Source: Callorhinchus milii
Lineage: Eukaryota
Direction of reading: 5' to 3'
Length of the DNA: 64,000 nucleotides
Assembly: GCF_018977255.1 (NCBI RefSeq)
Contig: NW_024704742.1
Coordinates: 76,882,001 to 76,946,000, forward strand
Part shown: positions 56,901 to 64,000 of the stretch, piece after piece
Layout of the letters: each line of letters starts with the position of its first letter
Numbering within the stretch: position 1 is the first letter of the stretch
Position numbers and translations under genes: made by a program
The notes under the pieces: model-generated
What the model was told of the DNA's origin: nothing
The model's input: only the letters and a program-made list of their open reading frames with translations
Database searches by the model: none

Positions 56901-59900
56901 AGTATTTGAGCTCAGGGGGACATTGCCCATTCACTCATATGCACCCTACCTTCATGCTAATAGTAATTTGCCAATTTTACAGTGAATGGTGAATGGTTGC
57001 TGCTTATGACTTATCAATTTAAAAGATCTCAGTGCATGATTCTTCTTCGAGAGCTCTAGGAGCATCCTGAATAAAGTGTCTCATGGTTAGATGAATTGTA
57101 AAGTTCCCTATTCTCTGATGCATCAATGTGCATCCCTCCCTCCCCATTCAGACATCTCTAACAAGTGAAATGTTTCCCCTTTTTCAAATCTCAGTACGCA
57201 ATTTGTGCCTTTATGAATTATGTTATTACGTGGAGTCCTGTAGCTCAGTGGTTAGAGCACTCGCTTTGCAAGCGAGAGACCTGAGTTCAATTCCAGGCAG
57301 GGCAAAACCTTGGGCAAGTTTCCTTACTCCACCCCTAATAATAATCCCTCCAAAACCAAAAACAATAATAAATTGGTCATTTTCAATCTACAACTATTTG
57401 TGGGACACTGCTGTGCGCAATTGGCTGCCGCGCTCGCCCACAAATATACAGTCACTTCACTTTACAGTGTGTTCTGTGAAACGTTTTGGGACGTCCTCCC
57501 GACGTGAAAAGTGCTATATCAAATGCAAGGATTATTATTATGTTGAGACAGAGAGGCGACCATTTATGTTATCATGTTTGCTATCATCTATCAGTCTGGG
57601 ATAGATTCAACACATGGTCCTGCTACGTGGCATTGAACTTGAAGCTGTCCTGTAAAGGTCCTCCTACCATGCTGAAGGCAGATGTTCATCAGATAGCTGA
57701 TGAGGAAACTCTGAGTCTGACTTTGCACATCCAGTGCTTGGATTCCATCTAGATTGACTTGCAGAGAGGTAAGCAGATCCTGCTTAAGCTCCACACCTCC
57801 AATTGGATAATAGGAAGCAATGAGTATCTGATGAATGTCCGAGCTGTGGACAGGAAGGCAGTGGCAATGCACTTGTGCATTTCATGCTGAGCTGTGTTGC
57901 CCACCAGGAAGCTTGCAGGGAGTTCCTGGTACCTGCCATCCATTAATTGAGGAAGTAAACTCACGCATGTCGGATGTCAAATGACCAACTAGTAACTATC
58001 CACCTTGGGAGCAAGGTAAGTGGGGTCTCATTGGAGCTGAAAACAAAAACAGAAGTCGCTGGGAACACTCAGCAGGTCAGGCAGCATCTTTGGAGAAAGG
58101 AAAGTGAGTCAATGTTTCGGGTCCATGGCCCTTCGTCAGAACAGGAGCATATTGGGAGGGGGAGGCTTTTAAGGGCTAAAAGAGAGGGGGGAGGTCAGGC
58201 AAGGAAGACAAAGGAGAAAATGGGGTAGAGGCAGGGGATGATGGGTTAAAGAGGTGTTAATGATGTAAACAAAGAGGGTTATTGCAACAAAGTAGGGGAA
58301 TAGAGGTGTTAATACTGCAGAACAAAAAAGGGGTTGGGGGGGGAAAGAACTTGCAACAAAAAAGGTAGATCAGGGAGAGAAAATGTGTGTCTGGGACCCA
58401 GATAATGTGATAATGGTCACAGAAGAGGGGGAGGGGGAAGGTGAGCTGTTATGGTCTGAAATTGATGAAATCAATATTGAGGCCAGAGGGCTGTAAGGTC
58501 CCCAGCAGATAGATGAGGTGCTGTTCCTCGAGCTTGTCCCCTACCTACCTGCCCGTACCCTCCGTTCCTCAGGCTCCGGTCTGCTCCACGTCCCCCGCCC
58601 CAATCGCCCTACCATTGGTGGTCGGGCCTTCAGCCTCTCAGCCCCGAGGCTCTGGAACTCCATCCCCCAGTGCCTTCGCCGCTTCCTCCCTCTCCTCCTT
58701 CAAGGCCGGTCTCAAAACCTTTCTCTTTGACCGTGCCTTCAGCTCCCCTCTCGACTCTCTTCCCCCTTCTCGCTCCCTCCCATCCCTCCCTCACCCTGAC
58801 CATTTCCCCCCTCCTCGCTCCCTCCCCTCACCCTGACCATTTCCCCCCTGCTCGGGTCATGACCCAACTGTGCAGCGCCTTGGGACGTCCTCCTGACGTG
58901 AAAGGCGCTTTATAAATGGAATCTTGTTGTTGTTGTTGTTGTTGTTGCTTGTGCTGTGGCTCATTGGTACAGCGTAGGAGACCGTGTTTGCTCATTGGAG
59001 CTGAACCGGCTCCGAGGTAACATGTTTGGCAATGGAATGTCACGATCAAGTCCACCCTCTGTGGAGGTTTGGATAGTTCCAGTTCCTGAGCCAGGAGGAT
59101 CAGCAGTATTCCAGGGCACTGTTGATGACAGTATGGCCGGCCTGGCTCATTGGCAGGACTGGGAAGGGCAGACCAACTACTGGGGTCAGGGAGTCATCCC
59201 ACTCAGCTCTCGTTAACCCTGCAAACCAAAGCCCAAACAGGAAGAGGGATCCTAGCAATTTCAAGACAGATTTCAGGCAGTTTATAATAATAATAATAAT
59301 CCTTGCATTTGATGTAGCTCCTTATCACGTCACTGAGACGTCTCAAAGTGCTTCACAGAATATATTGAAAAGTGTAGTGACTGTGTATTTTGTGGGCGAA
59401 ACGCGGCAGCCAATTGTGCACAATAGCGTCCCAGCCGTGGATTAATTGAACAAATTATTATTACTTATTTAGTTATTCTTTTGAAAGTGATCCGCCAATC
59501 AATTAACAACTGGATTCTTTCTTATTGCTAGGTAAACATGTGGAGTAAGGGAAGTTGCCTAAGGTTTCGCCCTGCCTGGAAGGATGAGATCATGTGGACC
59601 GAAGGCCTCAGATATAAATTTAATAAACTTAAATATATATTTAACTTTATATTTAATAAATATATTTAGTTTTACTTTAATAAATATATATTTATCTTTA
59701 TATTTAATAAAGATATATTTAACTTTATATTTAATAAAGATATATTTAATTTTATATTTAATAAATATATATTCTAACTTTCTTCATCAAATGTCAATCT
59801 AAGTGATCTGAGATGCTACCCCGTGTGAAGGGGGGCTATATAAATGTAAGTTGTTGCTGTTGTTGTCAAGACCAAGGCTCTCCTGATTGACTCCTGTCAG

Positions 59901-61526
59901 TGCCTTCTCACTTCAGGCATCAACCATAATTGACTTGGTTACTTACTCACTGCTCACTGCTACATGTGGCTCGAACACCTTTGAACCAACCACCATCAAG
60001 TAGATATTACATTTGCCATCCTCCTATCTCCAAAGTGTTGTTTAAATATGCTGGTGCCTCAGTTATCAACTCCCTAGTTTTTTTAAGGACCTTGGGTTCT
60101 GTCCATCTGGATCTGGTGTTTTATTCTCTATGTTGGTCTAATCTAATTTATGTACAGTAGTACATAAATTAACTGAGGTGATTTGATTCCCAACACCATG
60201 TTATTCCTGAAATTTCATTGTCAGTCTCTTTAGTGAAAATTGAGACAGAATATTCATTTAATATTTCAGCCATTTATTTATTATCCCTGTGAGCTTATCC
60301 CCTTCACCCCTTAGAGTCATATCCCTACCTTAGCTATTATTTTATGTCTGTAGATTACCTGACTTGTTTCTAATGTTTCTTGATATTTTCTCCTAGTAAT
60401 TTCTCATTGTCAACAACAACTTGCATTTATATAGTGATCCTCACACAAATCTTGACCCAGAGCGCTTTGAAAACTTAATTGTCTTTGTAACCTCTTTCCT
60501 TTTTGGATTCACTTTTGCTTTCTTCTGTATTATCTATTTTGTAACTTCCACACACTATGCAAGTTTTAAGTGAAACATTGGCCAAGTTTCCTTACTCCAC
60601 ATGACTCTTGTTTACCTAGCAGTAAGTAGGAACCCAGTTGTTAGTCGATTGGCGGATCGCTTTTCTGGGGGTAATAATTCCTTTAAAAAAATTGGTCATT
60701 CAATCCATGACTGTTTGTGGGACACTGCTGTGTGTAATTGGCTGCCACGTTTCGCCCACAAAATATACAGTCAATTCAACAACAACAACTTGCACTTAAA
60801 CAGCGCCCTCCACTCAGAGAGCTTAACAGTGGTGGAACCTGACTCCGACCGGGGGGAGAGGGGAGGTGGCCGTAAGCATGGTCGAACAGGAAAGTCTTCA
60901 GGCGGGACTTGAAAGAGGAGAGAGAGGAGGCAAGGCAGAGGGATTGAGGGAAGAGTGTTCCAGAGTTAATTCACATTACAGTACATTCTGTGACGTGCTT
61001 TGAAATGTCACAAAGGCGTGATAAGGCGCTATATCATAAATGCAAATGCAAGGATCATTATCGAGCCAGTCTTTTACCAGTTACACCAGAATTGCCTTTG
61101 GCTAGAATCAATATGACTATTTTGTCTGCTCTGAAATATAAACAAATCTCGTTGCTATTTTCGGTAGGGAAGCTTAAATGTTTCACTGCTGCTTGGTGGC
61201 TGAAAATATATTTAACAAGTTGAACTTTGAAATGTACCTCTTATGGTCCTGAAGCTTTGGACCAGTGTCCCCTCGATTGTAGCCGATTCCTTGGCCCCAG
61301 AGAAGCTGATTTGCTGGTAGACCAGTTTCATGTAAGGGTGAAGTTTGTTCCGGCGTGGGAATGTCAGAGTGTTGATGTGTAACATCTCTAAGATGGCTTT
61401 ATTACTCTGTTGCTCGCTGCCTTCACTCTCCGCATGACATGGCTTTAGCTCCGGGAAGCAGGTAAAAAACAAGTATCCAGAAAGAAAGCTGAACAGTCCC
61501 AGTGACCCGGCGCTTGCCAACCTCAT
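53829..61526 (-). CDS. Divergent TGF-beta superfamily (BMP/GDF-like) ligand precursor, 4 coding exons, 367 aa
   Basis: Exons 61526-61238, 56146-55546, 55177-55082 and 53946-53829 total 1104 nt with GT-AG introns of phase 1/2/2 and no internal stop. The protein has an N-terminal hydrophobic signal-like segment, prodomain motifs HPYMKLVYQ, WLWFNISHL and EPLLIAY, a basic cluster RVRKRK, and a C-terminal cystine knot C-X28-C-X3-C-X31-C-X31-C-X-C. Confidence 0.92.
53985..55012 (-). mobile_element. Old L2 LINE fragments in intron 3 of the ligand gene
   Basis: SGFCPAHSTQESLIKV and tail remnants. Confidence 0.75.
55082..55177 (-). CDS. TGF-beta-family ligand coding exon 3 (GxC and wrist region)
   Basis: ttgttccag|a GHCPTETSGQEKTEAQNPLWKTESQNTTISQ at|gtaagc; 96 nt, phase 2/2. 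It supplies knot Cys3 and restores the canonical spacing. Confidence 0.85.
55546..56146 (-). CDS. TGF-beta-family ligand coding exon 2 (prodomain, basic cleavage cluster, start of mature domain)
   Basis: ttaatag|(V)PEFDNPGWLWFNISHL...SRVRKRKSLVHGTTPGECSLHQWYVNLQGPELQHRILEPHGYYANIC ag|gtgaga; matches ORF 55542..56165. Confidence 0.93.
57230..57541 (+). mobile_element. tRNA-SINE, full length, young
   Basis: Near-identical to 829-1150; anticodon stem CTCGC-TTTGCAA-GCGAG is intact. Confidence 0.9.
57590..58036 (+). mobile_element. Degraded non-LTR retrotransposon ORF2 C-terminus (CCHC knuckle); resumes at 58991-59260
   Basis: 57836-57895 encodes CPSCGQEGSGNALVHFMLSC (C-X2-C-X10-H-X4-C). It is homologous to 5465-5690; related pieces lie at 6300-6718, 2990-3176, 8760-8990, 24750-25170 and 61800-62030. 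Confidence 0.6.
58037..58535 (-). mobile_element. Penelope-like element 3' end (GIY-YIG C-terminus and pseudo-LTR)
   Basis: The - strand 58535-58449 encodes KLEEQHLIYLLGTLQPSGLNIDFINFRP*, resembling the C-terminal motif of PLE GIY-YIG endonucleases; a hammerhead-like core follows. Confidence 0.8.
58536..58947 (+). mobile_element. L2 LINE 3' end, young
   Basis: Near-identical to 12130-12505; (GTT)n tail. Confidence 0.92.
59283..59580 (-). mobile_element. tRNA-SINE, long subfamily, 5'-truncated
   Basis: Match to the 62075-62447 copy. Confidence 0.8.
59629..59780. repeat. AT-rich minisatellite, about 27-nt unit, about 5 copies
   Basis: Unit aaatatatatttaactttatatttaat repeated with variation. 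Confidence 0.85.
60578..61060 (+). mobile_element. tRNA-SINE, long subfamily, interrupted by an antisense L2 3' fragment (about 60778-60967)
   Basis: The SINE body breaks at cagtcaattc and resumes at aattcacattacag; the insert starts with (aac)n. Confidence 0.75.
61238..61526 (-). CDS. TGF-beta-family ligand coding exon 1 (signal peptide and prodomain N-terminus)
   Basis: MRLASAGSLGLFSFLSGYLFFTCFPELKPCHAES...LHPYMKLVYQQ...GTLVQSFRTIR g|gtacat; 96 codons + 1 nt. Confidence 0.85.
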
Positions 61527-61624
61527 GTTCGAAACTTCTGGTTGTGTATATCTTTTTCTGTGTGTGTGTGTGTGTGTCTGTGTGCGCAGTTGCCCTGTGA
61601 CCAGTCATTGTGTGCGCCTTGAGC
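61527..61624 (-). promoter_or_regulatory. 5'UTR part of the first coding exon of the ligand gene (spliced; contains a uATG and (CA)n)
   Basis: Strong acceptor tttctcttgttttgatag| at 61625/61624 on -. There is an in-frame TGA upstream of the main ATG, an upstream ATG at 61608, and a (CA)n tract at about 61559-61584. Confidence 0.55.
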
Positions 61625-62074
61625 CTATCAAAACAAGAGAAATAATAAGGAACTTGAGCCAGGAAACTTGCTAATCAATTGCAAATTCTTGAAACATTTG
61701 GTAGGTTTTGAAACTCATTAGTGGCAGTTCGGAAAAGACTGCTGGAAAAATGCACTTAACCCTCTCCAGGCCAAGAAGCATATTTGCAGCACACAAGTAA
61801 AGAAAGCAGCTGTGAAATTGAAGGTTTTGTGAGAACTTGTTTATGTGACTCGTGGTGAGAGAGTAGCCCATGTACAGAGTTTCTCCCTTTTTTAGGGGGG
61901 GTCAGCCAGGTGTTTGACACAAACTGAAACCCATCACCTAAAGCATACCCAAACCAGACTGAGTGTTCCAGATATGTATGCACCTACACATGGAAATTTC
62001 TGGAATAAAATGCACATTGCCTCCCTGGAGAGACATATATGCTGCCATGTTTGGTTAAAATACCCAGTCACTAT

Positions 62075-62447
62075 AATAATAGTAATTGCATTTGATATAA
62101 CACCTTATCACATCTTTGAGACGTCTCAAAACATTTCACAGGTTACACTGTGATGTGAATTGCCTGTATATTTTGTGGGCAAATCACGGCAGCCAATTGC
62201 GCACAGCAGTTTCCCATAAACCGTTGTGGATTGAATGACCAAATTATTATCATTTTTTTGAAGGGATTATTACCCCCGTAAAGGCAATCTGTCAATCGAC
62301 TAATAACTGGGTTCCTATTTACTGCTAGGTAAACAGAGGTGTGTGGAGCAAGGAAACTTGCCCAATGTTTTGCCCTGCCTGGGAATCGAACCCAGGGAAC
62401 TCTGCCTGCGAGGTGAGTGCTCCAATCATTAAGGCTACAGGACTACA
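62075..62447 (-). mobile_element. tRNA-SINE, long subfamily, full length
   Basis: Head, body and (ATT)n tail are all recognisable on -. Confidence 0.85.
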
Positions 62448-64000
62448 CGTAACAGTAACTATTGTAAAGCAAATTGAGGTACTTTGATGTTTGTACACAG
62501 TATATCAAATGCAGGATCAATAATGTTATTAATAACTCTGCTAGCTTTCATCTCCTTTGTATGAAATATTCATATGAATTGTACAGCTAAAAATAACTGA
62601 TTTTGAATTCAATTGGATACTGACCCTGCTGCAGTGAATATTATTTCATATTTTAATCACTATTTTCCCTTTATCCCAGCCCACAGTGGGTAGGTTTTGT
62701 TTTCTCCAGTCAGAGGCAGCTGCAACAAGGCTTATGATTTTGACCCTGGTGATTTCTTCCATGATACACAGTCCTCATCTATAAAGTAACAAGCTACACT
62801 CTGCAAACTGCATATTTGTCTTCAAATCCTTCTAGGTCTTGCCTCGTTCTCTCTGTAATCTTCTCCAGCCATACATTCCGATCCATCCCTTTCACTCTTC
62901 CCACGCTAGTCTACTGTTTGCTACCCATGACCTTTGATTATAATGATCCTTGCATTTGATACAGTGCCTTATGTCACCATCAAGACATCTCAAAGCGCTT
63001 CAGAGGATTTGCCATAGTGTGTAGTGACTGGGTAAATATAGGCAAATCCAGGAGCCAATTTATGCACAGCAACGTCCCACAAACAGCTATGAAATGAATG
63101 ATCAATTTTATCTGGAGGATTGTTGGCCAGATCACCTGGAGAAACTCCTTTCTCTTTTGGAATATGGGATCTTTTGCATCCAATTGAACTATATGGTTTA
63201 ATATCTCATCTAAACAACAGTCCTGTTCGCCCACAAATATACAGTCAATTCACTTTACAGTGTATTCTGTGAAGCGCTTTGGGACCTCCTCCCGACGTGA
63301 AAAGTGCTATATCAAATGCAAGGATTATTATTATTATTATTAACAGCATAGACTGTGAATTCAAACTCGTGACGTGGTGCTTGAACCCACAACCTTCCTA
63401 CTGAGAGGCGAAAGTCCTACCAACTGAGCCAGACTGACAGCTTGTTTTCCATCGGTGACCAAGTTTTCAGCTTCCCTGACCTTGTCATTTTAAATCTCTT
63501 TCCCAAAATCACTTAATCTTTCCGCCTTTCTACTAACTTCAAAAACAAATCCCTGGAACCATGCTGTTGGTCTGGATCTTTAAATCACTGATTTCCCTGC
63601 TCTGTGTCACGGCATCACGACATTTGTCAAGAACTTTGAGGCTTTCATTCAAGTGAATATAAATGAAAGTTATTGTACACTGTATAACTAGTCTTAAACA
63701 GAAAACACTTTAGGTATTCAACACTTTAAACGTACAATTACATTTGTTATGTGTTTATGGTTCCAATTCAGCTTGTGAATATTACGTAATAAAAACAGTG
63801 TCTGATAGCTTCCTTAATATGGAAAATTTACTTAACTGTTCTGTGATGTGGTTCAGTCTATTGCAATAATCCTTTATCCCTGTCTCATTTTTCTTAAGGT
63901 TGTGGTTCATAAGCTGTCTTCATATAAAGGTGATTGGAAAAAAAAACTTCCTGACTTGATTAACAGGCCCAGCACCTTCAGGGAAAGCTTTTTTTTTTTT

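Noticed and set aside
59629..59780. CRISPR-like array
   Set aside because: It is a head-to-tail AT-rich minisatellite with no unique spacers, in eukaryotic context.
53829..61526. Assigning a symbol such as BMP15, GDF9, LEFTY, NODAL or GDF3 to the ligand
   Set aside because: Only generic features are shared. There is no Lefty C-terminal extension, the exon structure differs from BMP15/GDF9/GDF3, and Nodal keeps the dimer Cys. A phylogeny is needed.

Overview
Repeat-rich vertebrate genomic DNA. The repeat landscape suggests a cartilaginous fish, possibly a holocephalan (inference): tRNA-derived SINEs with L2 tails, DeuSINEs, L2, CR1 and Penelope-like elements. Two intron-containing genes converge tail to tail, about 11.2 kb apart stop to stop. 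(1) A TTC39B-like TPR-protein gene lies on +. I traced 17 coding exons by hand (11004-42660); all have GT-AG introns with consistent phases and give about 553 aa from the in-exon ATG. Its true 5' end is unresolved. (2) An intact but highly divergent TGF-beta superfamily ligand gene lies on - with 4 coding exons (61526-53829, 367 aa). Its mature domain keeps BMP2-type cystine-knot spacing. It lacks the inter-chain dimerisation Cys, the two finger-1 Trp residues and the NHA wrist-helix motif, and it is split over three exons. This orphan ligand is the most interesting item in the window. Other points are Penelope-like elements with minimal hammerhead-ribozyme cores, a TSD-flanked Penelope/L2 composite, covarying 3' stem-loops shared by SINEs and L2, an L2 tail supplying a splice-acceptor tract, and a microsatellite-tuned uORF on the ligand gene. 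Almost all ORF-track entries are repeat-derived or spurious. Repeat boundaries are approximate; exon boundaries were counted base by base.
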